Assembly (NCBI GenBank): GCA_030432635.1
Contig: JAUIMB010000011.1
Location: 54,124-118,123, forward strand
DNA: 64,000 nucleotides
Direction: 5' to 3'
Source: Bacteroidia bacterium
GTDB taxonomy: Bacteria; Bacteroidota; Bacteroidia; Flavobacteriales; Flavobacteriaceae
The notes below the pieces were generated by a model. It was not told the DNA's origin. It was given only the letters and a program-made list of their open reading frames with translations, and did no database searches. A program made the translations under genes and the position numbers. Positions 47,726 through 57,924 of the stretch are shown here, one piece after another. The first letter of the stretch is position 1. Each line of letters opens with the position of its first letter.

Positions 47726-49498
47726 ATGACAGACATTACTCGCCTTTTTGACTTTCCATATTATCAACTTGAGCATAAACCTAGCGATTCTGCTTTGGTT
47801 ACAAAATACAATGGCAAATGGACACCTATGTCAACAAAAGAGTACATTGACAAAGCTAATGCAATTAGTAGAGCACTATTAAAACTAGGTGTTCAAAAAA
47901 ACGATAAAATAGCTGTCATTTCATCATCTAACCGAACCGAATGGAACATTATGGATATTGGTGTTCTTCAAGTTGGCGCACAGAACATTCCTATCTATCC
48001 AACGATCTGCGCAGAAGATTATGAATACGTCTTAAATCATAGCGAATCGATATTCTGCTTTGTTTCTGATGTAGAGGTTCTAGAAAAAGTTAGGAAAGTC
48101 CAAGCCAATACCAAGATAAAAGAGGTATATTCTTTTGACCATATTGAAGGCTGCAAACATTATTCTGAACTTTTCGAATTGGGTAAAGATGAGAGCAATC
48201 AGGCAGAAGTGGAATCTAGAAAAGACGCTGTTAAATCAAGTGACTTGGCAACTATCATCTATACTTCTGGCACCACAGGCAAACCCAAGGGTGTAATGCT
48301 TTCACATTGGAATATAACGAGTAATGCTTTGGATGCTTCTGAACGTTTACCCAAAATTGATGGTGAGACACGAGTGTTGAGTTTTCTGCCGATTTGCCAT
48401 ATTTTCGAACGCGTGCTTATTTACATATATCAATATGCAGGTACATCCATATATTTTGCAGAAGCCATTGACAAAATTGGAGACAATGCCAAGGAAATAA
48501 AACCTAATTTAATGAGTGTTGTTCCTCGTTTATTGGAAAAAGTCTTTGACAAAATCATGCTTAAGGGCGAAGATTTATCAGGCATCAAAAAAGCGCTGTT
48601 CTTTTGGGCTGTAAGACTTGGTGAACAATGGCAACCTTATGGTTTAAATGGCTCTTGGTATGAATTCAAACTTAAAATAGCCAACAAGCTCATTTTTAGC
48701 AAATGGAGAGAAGCACTTGGTGGCGAACTGAAAACCATGGTCTCAGGAAGTGCCGCATTGCAACCAAGATTAGCGAGAATATTTGCTGCTGCCAAGATGC
48801 AAGTTATGGAAGGCTACGGTTTAACCGAAACTTCGCCAGTAATTTCTGTTGGCATGTATCGAAACAGTCATTATAAAGTTGGTACGGTTGGTAAGGCTAT
48901 TCGTAATGTAGAAGTTAAAATTGCCGACGATGGTGAAATCCTAATCAAGGGTCCCAATGTTATGATGGGCTACTATAAAGACCCACAAAAAACTGCTGAA
49001 GTAATGACTGGTGATTATTTTCATACAGGTGACAAAGGCGAAGTGGATCATGAAGGTTTTTTGAAAATAACAGGACGTAAGAAAGAAATGTTCAAGACTT
49101 CTGGAGGTAAATATGTAATTCCACCGTTGTTAGAAAATGAAATGAAACAATCATTGTTTATTGAACAAATTATGGTTGTTGGAGAAGGCGAAAAAATGCC
49201 AGCCGCCATTATTCAGCCTAATTTTGAATTCATAAGGGACTGGATCGAGCTGAAAGGACATAATATTGGCACTTCTGAAAAGGACATTGCAACTTCAGAC
49301 ATTGTAATTAAACGCATTCAAAAAGAAGTCGATAAATACAATAAACATTTCGGTAAGTGGGAACAAATCAAGCGCTTTGAACTCACACCTGAGGCTTGGA
49401 CTATTGATGGTGGACAACTCACTCCTACGATGAAGATGAAACGTTCGGTCATAAAAGACATTTATAAGGATTTGTACGACAAAATTTACAGAGCGTAA
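47726..49498 (+). CDS. fadD: Long-chain fatty acid-CoA ligase (ORF track start 47675)
   Basis: IIYTSGTTGKPKGVM, EGYGLTETSP and TGRKKEMFKTSGGKY motifs. Confidence 0.9.
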   Translation: MTDITRLFDFPYYQLEHKPSDSALVTKYNGKWTPMSTKEYIDKANAISRALLKLGVQKNDKIAVISSSNRTEWNIMDIGVLQVGAQNIPIYPTICAEDYEYVLNHSESIFCFVSDVEVLEKVRKVQANTKIKEVYSFDHIEGCKHYSELFELGKDESNQAEVESRKDAVKSSDLATIIYTSGTTGKPKGVMLSHWNITSNALDASERLPKIDGETRVLSFLPICHIFERVLIYIYQYAGTSIYFAEAIDKIGDNAKEIKPNLMSVVPRLLEKVFDKIMLKGEDLSGIKKALFFWAVRLGEQWQPYGLNGSWYEFKLKIANKLIFSKWREALGGELKTMVSGSAALQPRLARIFAAAKMQVMEGYGLTETSPVISVGMYRNSHYKVGTVGKAIRNVEVKIADDGEILIKGPNVMMGYYKDPQKTAEVMTGDYFHTGDKGEVDHEGFLKITGRKKEMFKTSGGKYVIPPLLENEMKQSLFIEQIMVVGEGEKMPAAIIQPNFEFIRDWIELKGHNIGTSEKDIATSDIVIKRIQKEVDKYNKHFGKWEQIKRFELTPEAWTIDGGQLTPTMKMKRSVIKDIYKDLYDKIYRA

Positions 49499-49620
49499 TA
49501 AAATTAGGGGATTACAACCACTTTTACTACTTTCTTAAGCCCTTTTTCAACCTTCGTATTTTAGGGATATTTCTGTACACCTTCTAGTTTTGTGATATGA
49601 ATCTTTAAAAATCATCAATC

Positions 49621-50040
49621 ATGAAAAAATCAATTTATCTCCTAGTTTATTTATTTTTATTTACATCTGTATGTCAAGCACAGATCCACAATCAACATAG
49701 CTGCAACGCTGTATCATTAAATCGAACGATAGAATTAAACGGAAGTTCGGATCAAGAAAGTATTATTATCGATGTTCCAAAAGGCACAAGCAAAATGCAT
49801 GTTAGCATCAATAGTATCATAAAATCTGGCTATCTAACCGTTGAACTTTATGACCCAAAAGGGAATAAAAAGGGCAATTTTTCAATCGAAAGTCAGTTAA
49901 ACAGTACAAAAAAGAAAGATCAAGTGTGTGGTCAAATGCAAAAACACATTGAAGACCCCTTAAAAGGAAAATGGATAGTACTATTGGTACCAAATAAAGT
50001 TATTGGTGACATTTCAATCTGCACTTCCCTTCATGAGTAG
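49621..50040 (+). CDS. Hypothetical secreted beta-sandwich protein
   Basis: Signal peptide ending CQAQ; pattern LTVELYDPKG...GKWIV. Confidence 0.6.
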   Translation: MKKSIYLLVYLFLFTSVCQAQIHNQHSCNAVSLNRTIELNGSSDQESIIIDVPKGTSKMHVSINSIIKSGYLTVELYDPKGNKKGNFSIESQLNSTKKKDQVCGQMQKHIEDPLKGKWIVLLVPNKVIGDISICTSLHE

Positions 50041-51079
50041 CCATAAAATCAATATTCATCACATTAATTTTAGTTTCATTTGGCTATTGGGATTTGGCTT
50101 GTTTGCATCCAACCAATACTGTTTTTCTCAATCAGAATCAAAAAACGAACTAAGGCAATCAATCCGTGGTAAACTGCAGTTGGACTCAATTTGGGAACCT
50201 GTGGTTTACCTATCCCATATTAGAACATTTAATGACATGTACACCATGTCAAATCAAATTATTATTGCTGAGACCAAGGTCGATAGTATAGGTCGATTTC
50301 ATTTTTCAACTGAAGCATTTCCAAAGGAAGATAATCTATATAGGATACATCTTTCAAAAAAAGAAGCTCCTGCTGCATCTTTAATCATTGGAGGCAAGGA
50401 AGAAAACCACATGTTTCTTATCGCAAATAGAAATTCCAGTATCTCTATTTCCAACACCTCTAAAAATAGACTGTTTTTTGACTGCAAGATAGAAGGTTCG
50501 CAACCAAATGTGGATTTTCAAATAATACATGGTATGGTCAATGGTGATTTTCAAAATGAGCCAGAAAATAATTTAAGGAAAGCATTCATCAATAAGACCG
50601 TTTATGACAATTTAAGACATGTGGCAGATACGGCTTCGCATCCAATAGTCTCGCTTTATGCCTTAATGAATAGTGAATTTGAGACAACATATCTAGAACA
50701 CAAACATTTTTATGAAGATTACTTAGAAAAATGGAAGGGTGAAAATTCCCGTTATTTTAAGGAACTTCGAACTAAGTTTCCCGAGGAACCTTCTAATTCA
50801 AAACTTTGGATACTGGTTTCAGCTGCCTTCTTCTTTGTATTGGGCTACATTATCAATCAGCTGTTTAGCACTAAAAGAAAGCAAGTCAATACTCATCTCA
50901 AAGCACTTAGCGTACAAGAACAAAAAGTTTATGTTTTACTTGAAGGCGGTAAATCCAATAAGGAGATTTCCGAAGAGCTTAATATTGGAATAAGCACTAC
51001 CAAATCACATGTAAGCTCAATTTACAGTAAGCTAAATGTCAAATCTCGTAAAGACATTGTCAATCTCAACAAGTTATAA
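50003..51079 (+). CDS. Membrane-spanning regulator with C-terminal LuxR-type HTH (start probably 50033)
   Basis: Signal/TM, ~240-aa extracytoplasmic region, TM, then LSVQEQKVY..LEGGKSNKEISEELNIGISTTKSHVSSIYSKL. Confidence 0.82.
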   Translation: MVTFQSALPFMSSHKINIHHINFSFIWLLGFGLFASNQYCFSQSESKNELRQSIRGKLQLDSIWEPVVYLSHIRTFNDMYTMSNQIIIAETKVDSIGRFHFSTEAFPKEDNLYRIHLSKKEAPAASLIIGGKEENHMFLIANRNSSISISNTSKNRLFFDCKIEGSQPNVDFQIIHGMVNGDFQNEPENNLRKAFINKTVYDNLRHVADTASHPIVSLYALMNSEFETTYLEHKHFYEDYLEKWKGENSRYFKELRTKFPEEPSNSKLWILVSAAFFFVLGYIINQLFSTKRKQVNTHLKALSVQEQKVYVLLEGGKSNKEISEELNIGISTTKSHVSSIYSKLNVKSRKDIVNLNKL

Positions 51080-51153
51080 TTCGTTACCTATTGTTTAGCA
51101 ATGGTTTAAGTTATTTATTATCTTTAGAAACACTAACTAATCAATAATCGATT

Positions 51154-51552
51154 ATGAATACAAAAACATTTCTCATTGCTGGTATCCTTGGTGGAATCGT
51201 AGACTGGCTTTTAGGTTGGCTTTTATATGGCATTTTACTTATCGACTACTTTCCACAACCTGAACAGTCAACTAAAACAATGGTTTGCATTTTCTTGGGA
51301 TGCTTAACTTTTGGATTGTTCATTTCCTACATTTACAACAAATGGGCACATATATCAACAGCGCTAACTGGAGCAACGGCTGGTATTGTTATAGGTTTGT
51401 TCATGGCACTTAACGCAAGTTTCTTCAATGTGGCCTTGGTGAAAGGCGTCACCTATGGAATGTTTGCTTTAGATGTGACCGTTTCCGTGGTACTTGCGTC
51501 CATTGTAGGTGCTGTTGTAGGTGCCATAAGTGGCAAACTGAACAAAAGCTAG
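51154..51552 (+). CDS. Small four-TM hypothetical membrane protein
   Basis: Four Gly-rich hydrophobic segments. Confidence 0.6.
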   Translation: MNTKTFLIAGILGGIVDWLLGWLLYGILLIDYFPQPEQSTKTMVCIFLGCLTFGLFISYIYNKWAHISTALTGATAGIVIGLFMALNASFFNVALVKGVTYGMFALDVTVSVVLASIVGAVVGAISGKLNKS

Positions 51553-51619
51553 ACGTACTCGATACACCGCATACCATTTTTACAGGCAGTATACGGTATA
51601 CTTCCTGGTCTCAGGTCAT

Positions 51620-51673
51620 AAAATACTATGCACGCATAATTTTTTACAATTTATTATGCGTGCATAGTATTTT
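51620..51673. promoter_or_regulatory. Perfect 21-bp inverted repeat made of two quasi-palindromic MarR-type operators
   Basis: AAAATACTATGCACGCATAAT-N12-ATTATGCGTGCATAGTATTTT immediately upstream of the TATATTTG element at 51678-51685. Confidence 0.7.
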
Positions 51674-51695
51674 TTAGTATATTTGATTTTCAAAA

Positions 51696-52160
51696 TTGCT
51701 AAAGATGAAAGACAAAACCATCGATTATGTTCTCAGAACCACATGGTTAGCGGTCAACAAGATGTATAATGAAGAGGCTGCACAATTCGGTACGACGATG
51801 GCAACTGGTTTTGCTTTGCTGAGTATTGATCCTGAACACGGGACACCTTCAACATCCCTTGGACCAAAAATGGGCATGGAAGCCACTAGTCTATCCAGAA
51901 CCTTGAAAACCATGGAAGAAAAAGGTCTAATTGAACGCAAACCCAATCCGGAAGACGGTCGTGGTGTACTTATTCACTTAACTGAATTTGGGAGGGAAAA
52001 ACGAGCTTATTCTAGGGAAAAAGTGTTAACCTTCAATGAAACCATAAGGGAAAATGTGTCTTCCGAAGAACTTGAGCATTTCTATAAAGTTTCTGAAGTC
52101 ATTAACAACATGATCTCCAACAAACAGATATACAACAAAAAAGAACATACTTTAAAATAA
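51696..52160 (+). CDS. MarR-family transcriptional regulator
   Basis: wHTH motif SLSRTLKTMEEKGLIERKPNPEDGRGVLIHLTEFG; heads the beta-oxidation operon. Confidence 0.9.
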   Translation: MLKMKDKTIDYVLRTTWLAVNKMYNEEAAQFGTTMATGFALLSIDPEHGTPSTSLGPKMGMEATSLSRTLKTMEEKGLIERKPNPEDGRGVLIHLTEFGREKRAYSREKVLTFNETIRENVSSEELEHFYKVSEVINNMISNKQIYNKKEHTLK

Positions 52161-52161
52161 C

Positions 52162-54570
52162 ATGAGTAAACGTAGAATTAACAAAATAGCCATTATTGGA
52201 TCAGGAATCATGGGAAGTGGAATTGCTTGCCATTTTGCAAATATTGGTGTCGATGTACTGCTTTTGGATATTGTTCCAAGAGAACTCAACGACAATGAAA
52301 AGGCTAAAGGACTAACTTTAGATGATAAAGTTGTAAGGAACCGTTTAGTAAATGAGGCACTTAATGCTTCAATAAAATCTAAACCTGCTCCTCTTTACCA
52401 CCCTTCGTTTAGAAATAGAATCACCACTGGTAATCTCGAGGATGATATTGAGAATGTAAAGGATGTGGATTGGATTATGGAAGTCGTTGTTGAACGCCTG
52501 GATATAAAACAACAGGTATTTGAAAAGTTGGAACAATATCGAACGCCTGGAACTTTAATTACATCAAATACTTCAGGTATACCAATTAAGTTTATGAGTG
52601 AGGGACGAAGTGAAGATTTCCAGAAACATTTCTGCGGTACACATTTCTTCAATCCTGCACGCTACTTAAAATTATTCGAAATTATTCCTGGTCCAAAAAC
52701 GGATGCTTCGGTATTGGAGTTCTTAAATGGTTATGGTGAACAATTCCTCGGAAAAACTTCCGTTGTCGCAAAAGACACTCCTGCTTTTATTGGTAATAGG
52801 ATTGGAATTTTCAGCATCATGAGCCTGTTTCATACCGTTAAGGATTTAGATTTAACCATTGAAGAAGTTGATAAGTTATCTGGTCCAGTGATTGGTCGAC
52901 CAAAATCAGCAACCTTCAGAACCGTTGATGTCGTTGGTCTTGATACCTTAGTTCATGTGGCCAATGGTATCCGCGAAAATTGTCCAAACGATGAACGTCA
53001 TGAATTATTCCAACTTCCTGATTTCATCAATACTATGATGAAAAACAAATGGTTAGGAAGTAAAACCGGACAAGGATTTTATAAAAAATCGGTATCGAAA
53101 GATGGTCAAAAAGACATTCTGTCTCTAGATCTAAATACCTTAGAATATAGGGAAAAACAACGTGCCAAATTCGCCACGTTGGAATTGACCAAAACCATAG
53201 ATAAGGTTGTCGATCGTTTCAAAGTACTGGTTAAAGGAAAAGATAAGGCTGGTGAATTCTACAGAAAGAGTTTTGCGGCACTATTTGCCTATGTCTCAAA
53301 TAGAATTCCAGAAATCACCGATGACCTTTATAAAATAGATGATGCCATGAAAGCTGGTTTCGGTTGGGAGCATGGACCATTCCAAATTTGGGATGCGATT
53401 GGTGTTGAAGAAGGTATAGAAATGATGAAAGCTGAAGGATTAGAACCTAATGCATGGGTCAAAGACATGCTTGCGTCTGGAAGCTCTTCTTTTTATTCCG
53501 TAAAAAATGGTGCAACATTTGCCTATAACATTCCAACGAAAACGCAAGAAAAAATTCCTGGTCAGGATAGCTTTATCATTTTAGATAACATTAGAACATC
53601 CAATGAGGTATTTAAAAATTCTGGTGTTGTTATTGAAGATCTAGGAGATGGTATTTTAAATGTAGAATTCCAATCTAAAATGAATACCATTGGTGGTGAT
53701 GTTTTAGCTGGATTAAACAAAGCCATTGACCTTGCTGAAAAAGACTTCGACGGACTTGTAGTTGGAAATCAAGCCGCTAATTTCTCGGTTGGCGCAAATA
53801 TCGGAATGATATTTATGATGGCTGCCGAACAGGAATATGATGAATTGAATATGGCCATAAAGTATTTCCAAGATACTATGATGCGTATGCGCTACTCCTC
53901 TATCCCAACAATTGCTGCACCTCATGGTATGGCCTTAGGTGGTGGGTGCGAATTGTCCATGCATGCAGATAAAGTAGTAGCTGCTGCCGAAACTTACATC
54001 GGACTTGTCGAGTTTGGTGTTGGAGTCATTCCTGGTGGTGGAGGTTCAAAGGAAATGGCACTCAGAGCACAAGATACGTTTAGAAAAGGTGATGTCGAAT
54101 TAAACGTACTTCAAGACTATTTCTTAACTATTGGTATGGCAAAAGTAGCTACGTCAGCTTATGAAGCATTTGATCTTGGGATCCTCCAAAAAGGCAAGGA
54201 CATCGTTGTAGTAAACAAAGATCGCCAAATCGCTACAGCAAAAGCACATGCAAGACTTATGGCTGATGCTGGTTACACAAAACCTGTGAAACGTAAAGAC
54301 GTAAAAGTCTTAGGCAAACAAGCATTAGGTATGTTCCTGGTAGGTACAGATGCTATGGAAGCGAGCCACTACATCAGTGAACACGATCAAAAGATTGCTA
54401 ATAAGTTAGCTTATGTCATGGCAGGTGGTGATTTATCTGAACCTACTTTAGTAAGTGAACAATATTTACTCGATTTAGAGCGTGAAGCATTTTTGTCACT
54501 TTGTACAGAACGAAAAACGCTGGAACGCATACAACATATGTTGAAAACAGGAAAACCATTACGCAATTAG
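52162..54570 (+). CDS. fadN: 3-hydroxyacyl-CoA dehydrogenase/enoyl-CoA hydratase (FadN type)
   Basis: GSGIMGSGIA, TSNTSG, GTHFFNP and ALGGGCE motifs; HAD-first domain order. Confidence 0.9.
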   Translation: MSKRRINKIAIIGSGIMGSGIACHFANIGVDVLLLDIVPRELNDNEKAKGLTLDDKVVRNRLVNEALNASIKSKPAPLYHPSFRNRITTGNLEDDIENVKDVDWIMEVVVERLDIKQQVFEKLEQYRTPGTLITSNTSGIPIKFMSEGRSEDFQKHFCGTHFFNPARYLKLFEIIPGPKTDASVLEFLNGYGEQFLGKTSVVAKDTPAFIGNRIGIFSIMSLFHTVKDLDLTIEEVDKLSGPVIGRPKSATFRTVDVVGLDTLVHVANGIRENCPNDERHELFQLPDFINTMMKNKWLGSKTGQGFYKKSVSKDGQKDILSLDLNTLEYREKQRAKFATLELTKTIDKVVDRFKVLVKGKDKAGEFYRKSFAALFAYVSNRIPEITDDLYKIDDAMKAGFGWEHGPFQIWDAIGVEEGIEMMKAEGLEPNAWVKDMLASGSSSFYSVKNGATFAYNIPTKTQEKIPGQDSFIILDNIRTSNEVFKNSGVVIEDLGDGILNVEFQSKMNTIGGDVLAGLNKAIDLAEKDFDGLVVGNQAANFSVGANIGMIFMMAAEQEYDELNMAIKYFQDTMMRMRYSSIPTIAAPHGMALGGGCELSMHADKVVAAAETYIGLVEFGVGVIPGGGGSKEMALRAQDTFRKGDVELNVLQDYFLTIGMAKVATSAYEAFDLGILQKGKDIVVVNKDRQIATAKAHARLMADAGYTKPVKRKDVKVLGKQALGMFLVGTDAMEASHYISEHDQKIANKLAYVMAGGDLSEPTLVSEQYLLDLEREAFLSLCTERKTLERIQHMLKTGKPLRN

Positions 54571-54638
54571 AATATAGAACCAAGACACGGGAACAAAGAC
54601 CTTCTTTACTCTTGACTCTAAAAATCTTAAGAAAAAAA

Positions 54639-55829
54639 ATGAAACAAGCATATATAGTAAAAGCATACAGAACAGCAGTTGGAAAAGCACCAAAAGGTGT
54701 ATTCCGTTTTAAGAGAGCTGACGAATTAGGCGCTGAAACCATTCAGCATATGATGAAGGAACTTCCAAATCTCGATGTGTCAAGAATTGATGATGTCATC
54801 GTAGGAAATGCCATGCCTGAAGGGTCACAAGGTTTAAATATGGGTCGATTTATATCACTTATTGGATTAAATAGTGTCGACGTTCCTGGTGTGACCGTAA
54901 ACCGTTTCTGTTCTTCAGGAATTGAAACTATCGGTATTGCTACTGCAAAAATTCAAGCTGGAATGGCAGATTGTATTATAGCTGGAGGTTCTGAAAGCAT
55001 GAGTTCGGTGCCCATGACAGGATTCAAACCAGAATTGAACTATGATACGGTTAAAGCTGGTCACGAAGAGTATTATTGGGGAATGGGAAATACAGCCGAA
55101 GCTGTTGCAAATCAATTTAAAGTCTCTCGTGAAGATCAAGATGAATTTGCTTACAATTCACACATGAAAGCTTTAAAGGCCCAAGCTGAAAATCGATTTC
55201 AAGATCAAATTGTTCCTATAACTGTAGAACAAACCTACATCGATGATAATGGTAAAAAGGCAACAAAGTCCTACACAGTTACCAAAGATGAAGGTCCAAG
55301 AAAAGGTACGAATCTTGAAGCCTTGGCAAAACTCAGACCTGTGTTCGCCCAAGGCGGAAGTGTTACTGCTGGGAATTCCTCACAAATGAGTGATGGTGCT
55401 GCTTTTGTGATGGTTATGAGTGAAGACCTTGTGAAAGAGTTAAACATCGAGCCAATTGCACGCTTAGTGAGTTATGCGGCTGCAGGTGTTGAACCTCGAA
55501 TTATGGGTATTGGACCTGTTAAAGCGATTCCAAAAGCTCTAGATCAAGCAGGATTAAAGCAAAACGACCTTGCGTTAATAGAGTTAAACGAAGCATTTGC
55601 ATCACAATCATTGGCTGTAATTAGAGAACTGGACCTAAATCCGGATATCATTAATGTCAATGGTGGTGCTATTGCCTTAGGTCACCCTTTAGGTTGTACT
55701 GGAGCTAAACTATCAGTACAATTGTTTGATGAAATGCGCAAACGCAATATGAAAGGCCAATATGGAGCCGTAACCATGTGTGTTGGAACTGGACAAGGGG
55801 CTTGCGGTATTTTTGAATTCTTAAATTAA
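54639..55829 (+). CDS. fadA: Acetyl-CoA C-acyltransferase (thiolase); ORF track start 54501 is probably too long
   Basis: NRFCSSG, ELNEAFA, GGAIALGHPLG and MCVGTGQG motifs; MKQAYIV start. Confidence 0.93.
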   Translation: MKQAYIVKAYRTAVGKAPKGVFRFKRADELGAETIQHMMKELPNLDVSRIDDVIVGNAMPEGSQGLNMGRFISLIGLNSVDVPGVTVNRFCSSGIETIGIATAKIQAGMADCIIAGGSESMSSVPMTGFKPELNYDTVKAGHEEYYWGMGNTAEAVANQFKVSREDQDEFAYNSHMKALKAQAENRFQDQIVPITVEQTYIDDNGKKATKSYTVTKDEGPRKGTNLEALAKLRPVFAQGGSVTAGNSSQMSDGAAFVMVMSEDLVKELNIEPIARLVSYAAAGVEPRIMGIGPVKAIPKALDQAGLKQNDLALIELNEAFASQSLAVIRELDLNPDIINVNGGAIALGHPLGCTGAKLSVQLFDEMRKRNMKGQYGAVTMCVGTGQGACGIFEFLN

Positions 55830-55944
55830 TCTGAATTACAAGTATTGAGAATTGATCTTTTCTGATACTTCAATCATAAACAAACACAAAAAATGTAGCA
55901 TTGGGTCTTAATACTCACTACCAAACACTTAATACTATAAAACA

Positions 55945-57753
55945 ATGGAAGCAATTGAAAAAGACATTCTTCGTGGAGGCCAGTTTCTAGTTAAGGAAAC
56001 TAAATGTGAAGACGTCTTCACTCCTGAAGATTTTTCGGAAGAACAACGTATGATGAAAGAAGCGGTTATGGAATTTAATGACCGTGAAATCATCCCTAAC
56101 AAAGATCGTTTTGAAGCGAAGGATTATGCCTTGACCGAAGACTGCATGCGTAAAGCTGGAGAACTCGGTTTTTTAGGGGTTGCTGTTCCTGAAGCTTATG
56201 GCGGATTAGGAATGGGATTTGTTTCAACCTGTTTAACCTGTGACTATATTTCTAGTGGAACAGGATCATTCAGTACTGCTTTTGGAGCACACACAGGCAT
56301 TGGAACCATGCCAATTACGCTTTACGGAACTGAAGAACAAAAGCAAAAATATGTCCCAAAATTAGCTACTGGTGAATGGTTTGGTGCATATTGCTTAACT
56401 GAACCTGGTGCTGGATCTGATGCCAATTCTGGTAAAACGACTGCCGAACTTTCTGCCGATGGAAAGTCCTATAAAATCAACGGACAAAAAATGTGGATAT
56501 CAAATGCAGGTTTCTGTAGTTTGATGATTGTTTTTGCACGTATCGAGGATGATAAAAACATCACTGGTTTTATCGTAGAATTCGATCCAGAAAGTCCAAA
56601 TGGCATTACCTTAGGTGAAGAAGAACATAAACTAGGAATTCGTGCAAGTTCGACACGACAAGTATTTTTTAATGATACGGTTGTCCCTGTTGAAAATATG
56701 CTAGCTGGTCGTGGTGAAGGCTTTAAAATTGCAATGAATGCGCTAAACGTTGGTCGTATTAAACTTGCAGCTGCTTGTTTGGATTCACAACGTCGTATCT
56801 TAACCACAGCAGTAAACTACGCTAATGAACGTAAGCAATTCAAAACACCTATTGCCGATTTTGGTGCTATAAAAATGAAATTGGCCAAAATGGCTACAGA
56901 TGCGTATGCTGGTGAATCGGCAACTTACAGAGCTGCAAAGAACATTGAAGATCGCATTGCTATTCGAGAAGCCTCAGGAAACTCACATCAGGAAGCCGAA
57001 CTTAAAGGTGTCGAGGAATATGCCATTGAATGTTCTATCTTGAAAGTGGCCGTTTCTGAGGATGTCCAAAATGCTTCAGATGAAGGTATCCAAATTTTTG
57101 GAGGTATGGGATTCTCTGAAGAAACACCTATGGAAGCCGCTTGGAGAGATGCACGAATTGCACGTATTTATGAAGGTACTAACGAAATCAATCGTATGCT
57201 TTCTGTTGGAATGTTGGTAAAGAAAGCCATGAAAGGCCATGTCGATCTATTAGGTCCTGCAATGAAGGTACAGGAAGAACTCATGGGTATTCCTTCTTTT
57301 GAAACACCTGATTATTCATCTTTGTTTTCTGAAGAAAAAGCCATGATTGAAAAACTTAAAAAAGTGTTCTTAATGGTAGCAGGAGCAGCAGTTCAAAAAT
57401 TTGGACCAGATATGGAAAAGCACCAACAATTATTAGTCGCTGCAGCTGATATCTTAATTGAAATATATATGGCTGAATCGACCATTTTAAGAACAGAAAA
57501 AAATGCCAAACGCTTTGGTGAAGATGCTCAAAAAGTTCAAATCGCCATGTCTAAATTATACCTCTATAATGCGATAAATATTGTTGAGGATAAAGGAAAG
57601 GAAAGTATCATTTCCTTTGCTGAAGGTGATGAGCAACGTATGATGCTTATGGGACTTAAACGTTTCACCAAGTATCAGAATTATCCTGACATCGTCGATT
57701 TAAGAAATGAAATCGCAGAAAAAGTTAAAGAAGAAAACAAATATTGTTTCTAA
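55945..57753 (+). CDS. fadE: Acyl-CoA dehydrogenase (FadE-like, long form)
   Basis: YCLTEPGAGSDA, KMWISNAG, QIFGGMG and RIYEGTNEINR motifs. Confidence 0.92.
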   Translation: MEAIEKDILRGGQFLVKETKCEDVFTPEDFSEEQRMMKEAVMEFNDREIIPNKDRFEAKDYALTEDCMRKAGELGFLGVAVPEAYGGLGMGFVSTCLTCDYISSGTGSFSTAFGAHTGIGTMPITLYGTEEQKQKYVPKLATGEWFGAYCLTEPGAGSDANSGKTTAELSADGKSYKINGQKMWISNAGFCSLMIVFARIEDDKNITGFIVEFDPESPNGITLGEEEHKLGIRASSTRQVFFNDTVVPVENMLAGRGEGFKIAMNALNVGRIKLAAACLDSQRRILTTAVNYANERKQFKTPIADFGAIKMKLAKMATDAYAGESATYRAAKNIEDRIAIREASGNSHQEAELKGVEEYAIECSILKVAVSEDVQNASDEGIQIFGGMGFSEETPMEAAWRDARIARIYEGTNEINRMLSVGMLVKKAMKGHVDLLGPAMKVQEELMGIPSFETPDYSSLFSEEKAMIEKLKKVFLMVAGAAVQKFGPDMEKHQQLLVAAADILIEIYMAESTILRTEKNAKRFGEDAQKVQIAMSKLYLYNAINIVEDKGKESIISFAEGDEQRMMLMGLKRFTKYQNYPDIVDLRNEIAEKVKEENKYCF

Positions 57754-57882
57754 TACATTTTAAGTTGATCTGTCTGTCGAGAGATGTGGTAATTACGCCA
57801 TAATAAACTGCGTCTTTCGATACTGACAGAACATGATTTGTTTAGACTAATTCAACCCGAAAACTCGGGACACTAAACAAGT

Positions 57883-57916
57883 AAAGCCAATCCAGACTAA
57901 CGGGATTGGCTTTTTT
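57883..57916. terminator. Bidirectional intrinsic terminator
   Basis: aaagccaatcc-loop-ggattggctttttt between convergent genes. Confidence 0.85.
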
Positions 57917-57924
57917 ATGACATT

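Noticed and set aside
51553-51600. Imperfect hairpin with a GTATAC-G-GTATAC core after the 4-TM gene
   Set aside because: Weak pairing, no U-tract and no second copy.
54501-54638. 46-aa N-terminal extension of the thiolase ORF
   Set aside because: It overlaps the fadN end and has low-complexity spacer sequence; the family start MKQAYIV is at 54639.
54571-55944. Short degenerate repeats in the fad operon spacers (aagac.. and ttaatact..), reminiscent of flanks of four-helix-bundle insertions
   Set aside because: No such ORF is present and the repeats are too short and degenerate to support a call.
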